NCBI RefSeq assembly: GCF_032062105.1
Contig: NW_026930986.1
Span: 124,001-188,000 of the forward strand
Origin: Saccostrea cucullata
Taxonomy: Eukaryota
Reading direction: 5' to 3'
Length of the DNA stretch: 64,000 bases
Part shown: positions 13,351 to 26,883 of the stretch, piece by piece
How the letters are laid out: every line of letters begins with the position of its first letter
How positions within the stretch are numbered: the stretch's first letter is position 1
Program-made: the position numbers and the translations under genes
The notes under the pieces: generated by a model
Told to the model about the DNA's origin: nothing
The model's input: only the letters and a program-made list of their open reading frames with translations
Database searches by the model: none

Positions 13351-14748
13351 AACTAGAACTGTCCAATAGGGACAAATACCCCCGCTGGGTTTTTCAGAGT
13401 AGGTGCCAATTCAGAAATATTTTATGGATCTACTAAGAGGTGTTCACTATTGTCTAATAAAGTGCCCCGCCACAGCATGATACCCCCATCAAATATTGTT
13501 CGATAATCATAAATTGGTTAGGGTGCAAGAAAATCAAGTAACCTTGATTAACAGATTGACACAGACTACAATGATCTAATTTCCATTTCTTATCATGCTT
13601 AAAATATTGTACATACATCTCTAAGAGACTTACAGTGTAGGGATTAATTAAAACAAATAATACATCATATAATTCTAAACTGGCTGTGTTAGAGCTTAAG
13701 AAATATCCATCTGCAGCTTTCAATTGTTTATTGCATATTTTATGAAATAATGGAAATGCTACAGTCTAATAAAAAAAATCAAAAATTAATTATTCTTTAG
13801 ACTATAAAATTCTAAGTGAGACATGACTGCAATTTGTTGCAAATATATAAAACTTGAAATGTAATTTTTTTTTTAATGAACACATGTATAATTAATTTTA
13901 ATTATATTATTCAATACTAATTCAGTTTTAATCATACACTAAAACATCAATTTGTTTTAATTACATTACACCAATTGAAAGATCTTTATCTGAACTACAG
14001 CCATCAAGAACTCTTAATTAACACAAGCAACTATAAGGCCATTTCTTTTTGCCCAACTCCCAAGAGATAAATTAAGATAACACAGCATGATGCTCTTGTT
14101 AGTTAACTCCCGACAATGAACTCATTAATTAATTTCTCTCTAATTTGACATGCACATTTCTGCTATCAAAAAATCTCCTTGACCAGTGCTTGATAATTAT
14201 GCCCATGGGACAAACTGAATTCCTTTCAAATCATTAACATTTGTCACAGAATTTGCTGTAAAGTATATGATAAAAAATAAGTTTTTACTTGATTTAGCAT
14301 TTTTTAATAAGGATACAACTATATTTTTATATTTTTTAGGATTATGAAATTTAAAATTTTAAAGACTTATTTTTTTTTTTAAAAATCACTTAAATTAAAG
14401 GTCACAGTGACCTTGAAATAGGTTTTGACACACCCTCTACCAAAGATGCATAAATTGTCCAAGTTTGATGATTGTAAGTCTAATAGTTTTCTAGTTATGA
14501 GCCAAACAAAATCACAAAATAAAAAAGAAAAAATGCCTGTAAAATGCAGAAAAATCATCCAATCATGATGAAAATCCCAGGTGCACACCTTCATATGGTG
14601 AATAATAAGCGTAATAAATTTTCAGACAAATCCATCTAACAGTTTCTGAGAAACGGTCCGGACAGAATCTTGTCTACAGACAGATGGACAGACAGACGGA
14701 CATGGTAATTCCAATATACCCCCCTAAACTTCGTTTGCGGGGGTATAA
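13351..14748 (+). mobile_element. Helentron-associated (HINE-like) non-autonomous element
   Basis: Starts AACTAGAACTGTCC. The 3' end has a (CAGA/CGGA)n microsatellite followed by the hairpin ATACCCCCC..TTCGTTTGCGGGGGTAT. Confidence 0.55.
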
Positions 14749-15451
14749 CAATGCATATAAATTTAACATGTTTAAAGTCTAACTCTTGGCATTTTTATGT
14801 AACAAACAAAAATAATTTCACATGTACTCATATTAATCAGTTTCTTTTATTTATGTCAAAATTGACAAACTGAAATACCCAACAAGACAATGTATAATAC
14901 TGATACAGTACAATGATGCATTTCCACAAAGTACTAAAGTTAAATTTATTTTATTCTACTTGGTAAGAACACCAGGTGATAAAATCTAAATGACTCAGAC
15001 TGTGTGGTTTATTTTATACTTTAATTTTACTTGTGCATGTATTACAATAATAACTTACTTAAAAAGATTCTTTTTTAAAAATTCAGGAAACATTTATCAT
15101 AAAATGCAGCCTGCAAATAAGCTGAACTTATTCGTCATTTTTCTGATACCTTCTCACCATCACATGTATTTAACATGTTTAAATCCTCTATATCATCACC
15201 GTGACCATTAGGATAAATTATGACATAAATTTGATTAGTTGACATCAACACAACTACATGTGCAAGTGTTGCTTTAAGCTGTCCTAATTCATTCTACCAG
15301 TTCCATCTGGAATATGTTCAACAGGATATCACACATATGCTTCTTAATCTTTAAAGCAATGGAACTGATATTGCGAGAAAATAAAATTTCCAGAAAATGA
15401 TGGAAACACATATCACTGAAGATAATTTACTACTATGTGTATATCAGTCTA

Positions 15452-16108
15452 TCATCTTGATTTTATTTTCTTTTGACTAGAAGACTTCATGTAATGTTGA
15501 AAACTGTAAAGTAAGCCTGCTAACACAGCCAATAATAGAAACGCACCAGTTGTCTCTTGGTAATATTCGGCACTCTTTTTTTTCTCCAGATAAATATTAT
15601 TTTGATCTTTTTCGAATTTCTCTTTGTAGTAAGCCTTTAAATAAGACTCTATCATCCTCTGATCTGTAATATCTTTGTAATTTTTCATTGTAATTTTGTC
15701 TAAATCAGTTCTAACAGGTTTAGGGGGTATTTTAAATGGATCAAATTCCTCCTCTTCTGCCTGGGACTGCTTTGGACCATGAGCATGAGCTCCTGATATC
15801 AAGCCTCGATCATACATTCTCCGTGAATGAACATTTCCTAGAATGATGTAGGCATCAGATATCAATTGAAACTGCTTTCTAGATTCTTCACTGTCACTGA
15901 CATCAGGGTGGTGTATTTTGGTCAGGTCGATGTATGCTTTCTTGATCTGAGTTTGACTGGCGCTAGACTCAACACCAAGTACTTCATAATAATACGTGTT
16001 TCGTGTATGGCGATGCTTTGTGACGTACTGTCGTAAACATATGCCATTTAGTCCCCAATCAGTGCCCCTGTAAAACCTCGGAATGTAATGTAATCCCAAT
16101 GTCCTCAT
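15452..16108 (-). CDS. DNAJC30: DnaJ homolog subfamily C member 30 (WBSCR18)-like, mitochondrial J-protein
   Basis: Single coding exon from ATG 16108. Arg-rich presequence-like N-terminus, J-domain (YYEVLGV...QIKKAY...HPD...F..IS.AY.ILG...RRMYDRGL) and C-terminal TM helix. Probable 5'UTR intron about 16133-16237. Confidence 0.85.
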   Translation of the reverse strand: MRTLGLHYIPRFYRGTDWGLNGICLRQYVTKHRHTRNTYYYEVLGVESSASQTQIKKAYIDLTKIHHPDVSDSEESRKQFQLISDAYIILGNVHSRRMYDRGLISGAHAHGPKQSQAEEEEFDPFKIPPKPVRTDLDKITMKNYKDITDQRMIESYLKAYYKEKFEKDQNNIYLEKKKSAEYYQETTGAFLLLAVLAGLLYSFQHYMKSSSQKKIKSR

Positions 16109-16239
16109 CGGGAATGCCTTTACAGTCACTACTGCAAAAATATTAAAGAGTTCGTATTTAGTATATTCTCTCTTCTTTTCCCAAGAGATAAATGAATGTT
16201 TCTGTCACTGGCTTGAATTACTATTTACATAATTTACTC

Positions 16240-16432
16240 CGACCCCAGACAACGGTCAGTCGTCCTCCAGGCGATCAATATCACTTTACGTCACTATCGA
16301 AATATTCATGAGCATCATTATTAAAAGCATCCGAAAGACTAAGATGTGAGGAACCTTTTTCGGAATTCCAAAGTTTACAACGAAGATCTAGAATTACTCT
16401 GCAATATATTATATCCTGTTTCATTTTGAAGC
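16240..16432. promoter_or_regulatory. Compact bidirectional promoter region DNAJC30/BUD23
   Basis: Divergent start codons are only about 325 bp apart (16108 and 16433). CRE-like TTACGTCA at about 16286. Confidence 0.6.
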
Positions 16433-19400
16433 ATGGCATCAGGTGGAAGACCAGAAAGACAAGCTCCTCCTGAAATAGTAAGACAAAATTACTTTCTAAC
16501 AGCATTCAAACCACAGGCACGTGAAGTTTTATCAATCAGTCGCTCAATATGCCAAATATCGAAAAATTCTACGTCCTCTATATATCATAAAAAATACACG
16601 AGGGGGAATTTTTTTTCAATATTTGGCATATATACATAGCTGCAGATGTGTAGCTCTCCGAAAAAAATTATTGATAGACTGGAGAGCTACAGTGCCACCC
16701 ATTGAAAAAACTGTATATTTATTGCGCACAAAAAAGTGCGCTCGATTCTTGATTAATTTTTCAAAATTCTTACCTCAATTGCAAAAATGGAAGATTTCAA
16801 AAAAATACTCTCTCCTCTATCAAGTTCTCTCGTAGTTGACATCTGAACGAAGCATATTGGACCGAATTATCTTTGAAACCAAAATGGCAGTATAAATAAG
16901 CGAAATGTCCGAAGATTGCAATATCAGGACCAGGAGGACTATTAACAACAATTATGAGGAATGTTTTGTTGTGGAAAGAGTCAAAGAATATGTTAGGAAC
17001 ACACGGTTAGTAATATTTTGAGATTACAGCTTGAAAAACATGGAGAAATAAATCGATAACCGAGCGCATTTTTTTGTGCGCAATAAATATACAGTTTTTT
17101 CAATGGGTGGCTCTGTAGCTCTCCGGTCTATCAATAAATGTTTTTTCGGAGAGCTACAGACCTGCAGCTAACACATACAATACTTGCAGTGTGTATATAA
17201 GTTGAACTGAAGCCATCACAAGAATCTCGTATAGCTTTTTGATGGTAAACAAGGGAGTTGAGCAGACACCATTTTTTTTTTAACATTTAATGATTTATAG
17301 GGTATATATTATACATGTACAATCAAATCTAATTATCAAATTAGCTGCCTAAATGGGAAAAGATTAAACTTCTTCGAGTTATTGGAGATTTTGAGATAAT
17401 GATTAAAATAATAAATGTATATAAAGAGAAAGTAGTTGGGACTGCCAACACACTGAAAACACATCACAAGTGTAACAGAGACATTTTATTGCTTCTCTGG
17501 GGATTGGACCTGGGGCTCTGGCTCAGTCCAGTGCTTTACCAATTGAGCTAAAGGGTTAACCCTTTAGCCCGAGGTAGTAGGAAGCCGTGTTTCTGACACT
17601 ACCACAGTAGTATTCAATACATTGTTGTTCATATAACGAGGTTCATCTGTAAGTGGAAACACAGGCACCTATGAGAGTTGCTTTACTGCTGGGGTTTTTA
17701 ACTGAACAATTAGGTTTGTTTCCAAGGAGCTTGAAGGAGGGAAGACTTTGGTGGTCAGACAGGTTCAATTGCAGTGGCCAGAGAGCTCAGTGATTTGAGC
17801 ACCTGACTGGAGATTCAGGGACTGGAGGGAGACTGGGGGGGGGGGACAAGTTTGAATCCTGGTCTGGTTTGTCACATTTTTTGCCTCTCCCATTACAAGA
17901 TATGTTTTATGATGTCAAATTGGAAATTTTTTCCTCACCTTAAGAGGTTAATGCTTGATGTTTGAAGTAAAACATCTGCATTCAATACAATAGTTCTCTA
18001 ACCATGCTATTATTTGTTCATTTCTTTTAGTTTTACAATGAGGATGAAGCAAAGAAATATTCTTCAAAGTAAGACTTTCTGTAAAATTTAGGCATTACAA
18101 TTGTTAAAAGCTGTTACATAAATTAGAGTTTCTACCATAAATTGGTGTAAAATAACATTTCAGTTTATGTTTGTTTTAAGCTTGTTACAAATTACATTGT
18201 TAGTGTACAAACCAAACTTAATGTTATGATATCAATGTTTTTTTTCCCCAAGACCTATTTCAAATGGTTCTTGTTCATCAGACTAATATACCGGTATACA
18301 TATAATAAAGATTTTATAGTAAAATTTTTTTGAGAACAACATTCACTTATTTTTAGAATGTTGCATTTTGTGTACAAATTAGCTGCAAGTTATATCATTG
18401 TATATACAAGTAATCCATACTGTTATGTGCTTTTATAGGTCATTAGTGCCTTTTACAGCACTCATTTAATTCTGCAGAAGTATATACATTTTGATATTCA
18501 TATTAACGTATTTCAGATGGAGAAAACGTCAGTGCACATTGTATGACATATATATTCTATTAAGAAAAAACTATTTTTTTCAGTACACGTATGATAGAAA
18601 TACAGAGCCAGTTGTCAGAGAGAGCCTTGGAGATACTGCAGCTTCCCGATGAGCCCTGTTTTATTCTAGACATTGGGTAGGCTTTATATTGGAGATGTTT
18701 TGTAAGGGCAAAAATATTCATTTGGTTTGTTGGAGACAAGGGCAACCAAACTAAATCTCACCATTTGATATGACTAGATCCAAATTGAATAGGGTTACTT
18801 TTGAAACATCAAATCTTAATGCGCAGAGAACATTTTTAGATGACAAATCTATGAAATTTTATTCTCAAGAAAATTTTGGTGCTATGGTATAATTTGAACA
18901 TTTCATCTGTTTCGATCTGATTTATCCAGATGGTTTTAACATTTCCTTTTTGAATTTTCAGGTGTGGGTCAGGTTTGAGTGGTGAGACAGTAACAGAACA
19001 AGGTCATTATTGGGTCGGCATTGACATCAGTTCTCACATGCTAGGTATGTGTCATTTATAAAACTTGCTGAAGTCAACAATGAAACAAACATTACTTTGA
19101 AAGGAGGAATTGTTATTACCCGGGTATATATTACATGTAACTAAATAGTATCATTGAACTGTTGAGATTGAAAGTAGTATTAAACTTAATGGTGACTCAT
19201 TGATACTGCTACGTTTACTCAGGTGTCGCTGTCGACCGGGAGGTAGAGGGGGACCTGATAGAGGGAGACATGGGGTATGGAATCCCCTTTAGACCTGGAA
19301 CTTTTGATGGTGTCATCAGGTAAAATATAAAATAATGGGTTTACTGCTTAAAGACCACAGTATTTTAAGTATAACATTTGTTTGTCTAAGGAACATTAAA

Positions 19401-22400
19401 AGTGAATTTACTCTAATTTCCGATTTTGATTTATATTTGCCAAAATATAAGAGATGAAAATCTCTTAAATTTACATGTCACATCCTTGACTGTTTTGTCA
19501 GATTTAAATTCAGTATTGCTCTAATGTTCTCTATTTTCAGTATATCAGCTTTACAGTGGTTGTGTAATGCTGACAAAAAATACCATCATCCACCAAAAAG
19601 ATTACTCAAATTTTTCACTACACTGTATGCTGCAGTAGTAAGTGTGTTGGTTATGTTTTAGATTGACTTATGAAATTTACCGAAATTGAAAAATTAGATA
19701 CATGTAAGAATATGTGTTAATGTCCAATTTAAATTCCTTTTGTTGTTCTAATCCATTCCATTATTATATTGTATATAATTGTTATTAAAAATTACATGTG
19801 CTGATATAATGTAATATTAAATCCTTAATAATTATTTAGACTAGAGGTGGTAAAGCAGTATTTCAACTTTATCCTGAAAACAGTTCTCAGGTAATTTTTA
19901 AACTTAAGATGTAATATCCCTCTGATAAGACGGATACTGCAAAAGCAGAAAAATTTGGGATAAAAATTCATTTAAGGTCAAGATCTAGTAAATGAAAGGT
20001 GCCTACAGATTTATCAAATTTGAGAAATAAATTCCTTTATTGATGCTTTACAACTTTGGCTTGGTCAAATAGGGTGTTTCGGGGCATAATTTGTAGGTAA
20101 ATAAGATGAAAAACTGCTTTTTAAACTGTCATTTTCAAAGAAAATTAAGAAAACCAGTCATGAATATGGGAGTTTTTTTCATTTTTGACAAAGGAAATGT
20201 ATCCAGATTGCCAACAGTATCACAGAAAACGGGAATTAGTATGTTCATGGCCTCTTCTTGAAACCTGTATCAAATTTAATATAGGTATCCGGTTTACTTT
20301 TAATATGATTTCAAATTGAATGTCATGAAAATACACTATTTTCTACATAATTCTGCTAAAGCCGTAAAGTACAGGAAAAAGAAAGTTGATACTGATTTTG
20401 ACGTCATAATGGATCTAGCACCAAAAAATTAGTCTAAAGTTATTTACTAGATCTTGACCTTACTTATGAACTACTGGGTAAAATATTTCCTACACAAAAT
20501 TTTCATTTGACTATACAGTTATTATTGAAAAGGGTTGCTTTTGAATTGATGAAATTAAATGCCCAAGAAACTGTGTTAGATAACAAATCAAGGAAATTTG
20601 ATGTCTAGAAAAATTTTTGTTTCTACAGTAACTTTTCAAGGAAAATTTTCCAAACAATCCAATGAATTGTCTTTCCAGAGTGTTTTTTTTTTCAATTCAA
20701 TTCACTTTATTACGTAAGACATACATCTTATTGTATACAATATAAATTTATAACATGTAAACAGTAAGGCATAGTGCGGGTATTCTTTTAACAGTCAGCA
20801 TAATGATTATACAATCAGTATCATGATGATGGAGAATGTACAAACCATTTTTAAAAATTTGTTTATAAGGCAGTATGACATTCATTACCTAAGTTAAAAG
20901 CATGGTACAAAAACTTTCCCAAATTACAAAGGTCCTTAACATTATGTGCACATAATAACTGTATGAATTTAAACATAGATGGTTTTTCCCAGTAGAATTT
21001 TTTAATATATTTTACTCGTAAACCCTTGTATCGTGGACACTTTAAAACAAAATTGAATTCGTCTTCAATTTCAGAACTACAAACTTCACATATTCGGTTT
21101 TCACGCAAGATATTTCTATGGCGTCCACTTTCAATAGCTAAATTGTGTGATGACAGTCTTATCTTGCTGATTTGCTTTTTATAAATCAATGGAATAGGTT
21201 TTACCAAATAATATTGCAGTATGAAGTGGTCAATAATGTACTTAAATAACATACATCTAGATGAACTATAATGAGGACCATTAAACAGGCAAATCATTCA
21301 AATTTGATCTATGTTACAAATCTTGATTACTTTTTTCTATTGCCAAATTTTTATTAATTGATGATAATAGTTTACCGAAAACATTTAATCTTAGTTCCTT
21401 TATACTGTTAAAATTTAGTTATTTCTATCTCTTAACACACACATATATATAATTTATAAACACTTAAACAGTAACAGACATTTCAGATGCAGAATTTTTG
21501 TAATCAATTAAAGCAAATTACAAAAAGAGTTTTCAGTATGGTGTTGGATAGCTCAATAGGGTATACAATTTGGTCTAACAAGTATCACAGTAGGATTGAA
21601 TCTAGGTCTCAGTCTTACAGCTGTGTCTGTCACCAGTAAACAGTCTCTGATTTACAGCTTGAGCTGGGTCATCTGACAATTTATATTCATTAATGCCTCT
21701 GTTTTACAGCTGGGTCATCAGTTAATGTTGAATGCCTCTGTTTTACAGCTGGGTCATCAGTTTATATTGAATGCCTCTGTTTTACAGCTGGATCATCAGT
21801 TTATATGTAATGCCTCTGTTTTACAGCTGGGTCATCAGTTTATACTGAATACCTCTGTTTTACAGTTGGGTGATCAGTTGATATTGAATGCCTTTGTTTT
21901 ACAGTTGGGTCATCAGTTTATATGTAATGCGTCTGTTTTACAGCTGGAACTGATCACACAACAGGCCATGAAGGCTGGCTGGACAGGAGGGTTGGTGGTA
22001 GACTACCCCAACAGCACCAAGGCAAAAAAGTCAGTAAACAACTACATGTATACACTAATGTATCTGAAAATGTACACAGATTGTCAGTGGACTTAATTCC
22101 ATACATTCTTCTACAACCTGACTTACAGAATTTCTGTTATTGATGAATAAAAAAGATGATTTCATTGAAGGGTCAAACCATTAGAATGATAACTTTGTTT
22201 TAGGATGTTCCTGTGTCTGTTTGCTGGGGGCCAGCCTCAACAGTTACCCAAAGGACTGGGAGAGGGAAACTCAGTGTCCAGTCATGCCTCATTCACAGAC
22301 AAAAGGTACAGTTAGTGGGAGAAGTAAGGTAATAAAAATTCATTCCTGCATGTAAATCTTAAGGGATAGTCTTCCATGTATGCGGGTTGATCCAAAAGAA

Positions 22401-24554
22401 ATGTCACAACTTTGATAAAATTGCTATAAATCGATGTAAAACAGCAAAATTATACACGACGAAAGCTTTATTTATTTCAAATCAGACCTGAAAAATTCAA
22501 AGGAATATGATATATGCTTTTCAAAATATCAGATTTTAAACAATGTGCGTTTATGGTACTCGCCACACCTAAATATAACGTCATATGACGGATCCGCGCC
22601 GTCATACTTTTAAGCGTTTCCCCTTCATTTCATTAAAAAAATATTTGTGATTCGCAAACACTTTCACCAACTTCACTTTCTTTAAGAATTTTCGGTACCA
22701 TTATACACTCACTCTTTTCATAATTAAGCCCGTTGTCAAATTTTTTTGAACAGTAGCTTAAGGCAAACTTAAAAATATACATGTCACTCTATCCGTCTGT
22801 GTTTTTTGACAACGTCAGACACCTTTGAACGTTTACGTCCGATCTCCTATCTTTCGGTCTTCTTCTCCTCTGTTGATCATTCACTGACCCATCATCAGCC
22901 CAAAATTACTGAAACCATCTATAAAGAAGTCTGTTATTTACATTCTTTATTCTTTGAGTGTAGTTAATTAATGTAACTGTCGCTAATGATGATTCCCGTA
23001 TTTTGAAGCAAAAATGCATTACAACTCATCGAGCTGTTTTTTTTTTTCCCATATCGACACTCCTTTTGTTCAATTCAAAGGACTAAAACAACAATGTTTA
23101 TGATCACAAATACCAATGTCGTCATTTAATTTTCAATTAAAGACTAGAAAATGACTTGAATTGTGTCTTATTGAAAAAAATGAGAGATTTGGTGCTTTTT
23201 TAGAATCTTTTAAATGTGTTATTTTTAATTCTAAAAAAAAATAAACTTTAAAATATGACGTTCAGCTGTCACCCCTATGCTTTATGTTTTAAACATCTAT
23301 AAAGTAAATTTAAATAAACATAATTAAATGAAAATTTCAATGTTTATTAGATTTTTATTTGTGCATCTTTTGGTATATTGTAATTGATAATATGACGCAA
23401 AATATAAAAGACATGGACACTGTGACATTACTTTTGGATCAACTGTCGTACATGTACATGTATATACACATTTCTGTCTATATTACAACCTGTTTGAAAA
23501 GCTGGGGAAGGTATTTTGTGATGGGTGGGGGGTTGGGGTTGGGAGGGGGCTGGTCTGTCCTTATGTTTATCCATAACACTTGAGGGTACCCATTTCTTAT
23601 CAGCAACACCCGCTTTACCACTGAATAAAATTCAATGACACTTCTGTTGTCTTTTAAATTAAAATATAAGTTTTCAATTGGTGCATGTTCATCAGTTTTT
23701 GTTTTTGTTTTTTTTTATTACAAGGGGGTATTTAAATAGAAATTTCTTTAAAATTCTTTCTGAAAAATGCTACTTCTGTTACAGATATGACGCCATTAAA
23801 GCAGGAAACAATTCAGACTCAAAATTACATGAATATAATTATATAAGTTCAAGATCATAATGAGTAGCATTGACATGGTTACAGAAAATAAAAACAAAAT
23901 GCTTCCTCTCTAACAGTTTCAGGTTGATTTCAATAAAATGTGTACAGATATAAAAATCATCAAAAAACAGTAATATACAAACTCTAAACTGCAGTTGAGT
24001 GTTGAAAATTGAATGGAGTAGTTTTAATAAAGAAACATTAATGTTAAGCAGAAAGAGTAATAAATCTTAACAATGAATGCATTCTGTTACAGGGAGAGAC
24101 TGAAGAACATGAGAGGGAAAAACCCCAAGACCAACAGAGACTGGATTCTGTCAAAGAAAGAGAGAAGACGCAGACAGGGAAAGTGGGTGTATTTCATTTT
24201 GATACTTCAGGCATTTTTTTCTTCTTGCTGTTACAATATCATACAGAAGTTTTAAATATGATGGAAATGAGATAATGGCAGACTTATAATGTACCAGCAA
24301 AATAAAACTTAGTGTCAGTTTTGATTCTTACTCATATAGTTAACATGTGACTAACAATTACAAATAGAGACATATTATTTACAAAACTGAAAGATTAAGT
24401 AATCACAGTTTTTCTTTTCTTTAAATTCAATTCCTATCTGAATGCTATTATATCCATAGACTATTAAGTGAACTTTTCCCAATTTATTATTCTTTTCAGG
24501 GAAGTACGTGGAGATTCAAAGTACACAGGAAGAAAGAGAAAAGATCGGTTTTAG
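16433..24554 (+). CDS. BUD23: 18S rRNA (guanine-N7)-methyltransferase BUD23/WBSCR22
   Basis: Exons 16433-16477, 18031-18068, 18584-18676, 18962-19044, 19223-19319, 19541-19637, 19840-19890, 21944-22029, 22204-22305, 24093-24182, 24500-24554. Motifs [77 protein letters not shown]. Confidence 0.96.
16637..17170. mobile_element. TIR MITE with about 105-bp TIRs and 3-bp TSD (Academ-like assignment tentative), BUD23 intron 1
   Basis: aca|TAGCTGCAGATGTGTAGCTCTCCGAAAAAA ... TTTTTTCGGAGAGCTACAGACCTGCAGCTA|aca. Confidence 0.8.
17471..17897. mobile_element. Repeat with TGTAA..TTACA termini and outward-facing tRNA-derived segments
   Basis: Reverse tRNA-like piece at about 17500-17552 and forward piece at about 17782-17862 (AGCTCAGTG..GAGCACCTGACT..GTTTGAATCC). 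Related fragment at about 25085-25145. Confidence 0.5.
19976..20459. mobile_element. Kolobok-like MITE, BUD23 intron 7
   Basis: ttaa|GGTCAAGATCTAGTAAAT ... ATTTACTAGATCTTGACC|ttac. Confidence 0.75.
20685..21250 (-). mobile_element. 5'-truncated LINE (CR1/L2-group) 3' end
   Basis: ORF 20863-21297 reads [17 protein letters not shown]...[17 protein letters not shown], the C-terminal Cys-rich domain of non-LTR ORF2. Tail AATAAAGTGAATTGAATTGAAAAAAA. Confidence 0.85.
21692..21947 (+). repeat. 39-bp tandem repeat (7 copies) reiterating the BUD23 exon 8 splice acceptor
   Basis: AATGCCTCTGTTTTACAG|CTGG.. with AG ending at 21709, 21748, 21787, 21826, 21865, 21904, 21943. Confidence 0.95.
22381..23448 (-). 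mobile_element. Decayed mariner transposon, BUD23 intron 9
   Basis: TA-flanked TIRs GTTGATCCAAAAG.AATGTCACA. Minus-strand remnant ...MKRVSV*W(V)PKIL near 22685-22722 matches the mariner WVPHEL motif. Confidence 0.75.
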
Positions 24555-25545
24555 CAGTTATGAGTTTATATTTTAATGACTTAAGAAAGATCCTTCTACT
24601 GTTTAAAATGCTTTTACTTACACCAGTTCAATAGAAAAGAAAGGAAACATTTCTAAGTGATGAAGGAAAAAAAGAAACTGTGAAGTGCATGTACCTGTAT
24701 GTGCTTTTTTGTTAAGTTTTCAAAATAAAATCAATAATTTATTTAACAGTGTATGTTTCTTATGAAAGTGTATTTGTATGGGGTAACATGAACCATCCAA
24801 GTCTAAGAGACTTGTGGAAAATACAGAGAAACTTATTTATAACAAAGTACTAGGGATGAGCAATACAAAACATTTAAAAGCTGAGGGATTGAAAATTGCT
24901 TCACTGTAAATGTGGATTCAAAGTGGGTCACTCTAACAATTAATGGTTTCCTGTGTACAGGGATGAGTGAGGGTTATAAAATATATGATATTTTATCATT
25001 TGTTAAAAGAAGCTGTTGTATGGAAAGGGTCGAGGAATGGGTAAACATACATTGAAAATTCATAAATAGAAAAGGTATTGCTGGATAGGGATTTGAAACC
25101 GGGATCCCTGCATTACTAGTCAGGTAATCCAACTAGTAAGCTATTCAGGCAAATGTCCTCTGTCCAGTGTATAAAGAACCCACAAGTAATCACTTGGATG
25201 GGAAGATCAGGGCCATGGCATGTCCTCACTTCTTAAGCAGTGTACCTAGTATTTGAGATTCAAAAGCTTCTGGGGTAGGCCTAGTCTTCTTTTTTTTCAG
25301 TGACCTTGTTCTTAGACAAGTATGAAAAACTTACTTGTGCAAACTTGTTTTGCATAATGACCCTCTCAGACACATTTTCACATGACCAAAAAAAAACTTG
25401 AAAAAATAAAACGAGTCTGCTTCCAATATTTTCCCATTATTGTGGACTCAAAACTAATCCTTTTGGTTGATATTGCCCTTTTTCCCCATTTTCTTTATAT
25501 TCATGTAATATGCAATATAAATTTGTCAATGCTTCTCCATAATAC

Positions 25546-26156
25546 AACAAGAGATGTTTGTAAAACACTTATGCCCCCCTCCCCCTAATAATTGAAAAAT
25601 TTACTAAGTCCAAAGAATATAACTCTGTCCCAAATTGCTGGATTGTACCCAAAATAGAACTTGAACTAGATATTCTTATAAAAAATCTGTATATCAAATT
25701 TCAATTTCAGTATGTGCAACCTCTGCAAAGAAAATGAAAAGAAACTGCAAATAACTGGAATTTTTCTCAGTCAAGGGGCATAACTCTGTCAAAAATGGCT
25801 CGATCGTACCCAGAACAGAACTTGACTTTAATAGATGTTCTTATGATAAATCTGTAAATTTCATATCAGTATAATCAAACGCTGCAGAGGAAATGAACGG
25901 AAACTGCAAATAATTGGAATTTTTCTAAGTCCAAGGGGCATAACTTTGTCAAAAATGGCCTGATCATACCCTTATGATAAATCTGTATACCAAATTTCAT
26001 TTGGTTGTGAAAAAAATGAACAGAAACTTGGTGGATCGACAGACAGAACATCCAACCAACAGACCGACCTACAAAAGACCAACCGACAGACAGCTGCTTT
26101 GCTGACAGACAGCAGCAAAGCAATATGCCCTCCTTTCTTCGAAGAGGGGCATAAAA
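25546..26156 (+). mobile_element. HINE-like element with internal tandem units of about 160 bp
   Basis: ACAAGAGATGTTTGTAAAACACTTATGCCCC start, repeated AGTCCAAGGGGCATAACTCTGTCAAAAATGGC units, (CAGA/CCGA)n, and terminal hairpin ATGCCCTC..TTCGAAGAGGGGCATAAAAA. Confidence 0.7.
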
Positions 26157-26179
26157 ATGATCAAGAAAGGAATTGTATA

Positions 26180-26386
26180 CTGTATACAGGGTTATTTTCG
26201 CCCCGTCTTATTTTCGCCCTTTCACTCTTGCAAACAATTTTGCCCCGTTTTAAATTCGCCCAGTCATAGATTTGTTTAAGAAATTATACTGTATTCTTTG
26301 AATTCGCCCCGTTTTAAATTCGCCCAAATGAGGGTAGGGTGAAAAGGGCTAAAATAAAACGGGGGCGAAAATTTACCTGTATACAG
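26180..26386. mobile_element. Tc1/mariner-type MITE
   Basis: ta|CTGTATACAGGGTTATTTTCGCCCC ... GGGGCGAAAATTTACCTGTATACAG|ta. An internally deleted copy is at about 59199-59253. Confidence 0.85.
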
Positions 26387-26883
26387 TATTTTTCTGAAAA
26401 TGACCTTGAACTTTTCCTACTTGCCCTTGGTTAAGGTCAGGAGCATGGTTTGTAGAGATAACTAAATATAATTGTGTATTTTGGAGGGTATAAAAAAAGC
26501 ACATTTTTAGGTTATACTGATTTATTGTTATATAATATTTCCTAAGATGTACAGTCGTAATGATAATTCTTTGAAAAAAAATAGTTCATGTACACATTTT
26601 TGAAAATTCAATAAAACTACACTGTAGTAAATCCATTTACACCCATTTACCATTTCTTTCTTTAAAACTTGAAATACATGTAAAGCACTTATTTTGTTGC
26701 ACATTTCTTAGATAATATCAGATATACAGAATCACACACTACATACAGTTTCTCTGTCAGAAGCAAAAAGTTACTAAATAATTTGATAAGTAATGCACTA
26801 GTTATACACATGTAATTGTTTTTATTGCCTCAGCACTGGAAATGGTGATTGGTCTGGATGATATGAGCATGATTTAGGGGATC

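Noticed and set aside
16109-16129. GTG start for DNAJC30 from the ORF track
   Set aside because: In a eukaryotic gene, the first in-frame ATG at 16108 is the more likely start.
21725-22096. 123-aa repeat ORF as a standalone gene
   Set aside because: It is the intronic 39-bp repeat running into BUD23 exon 8.
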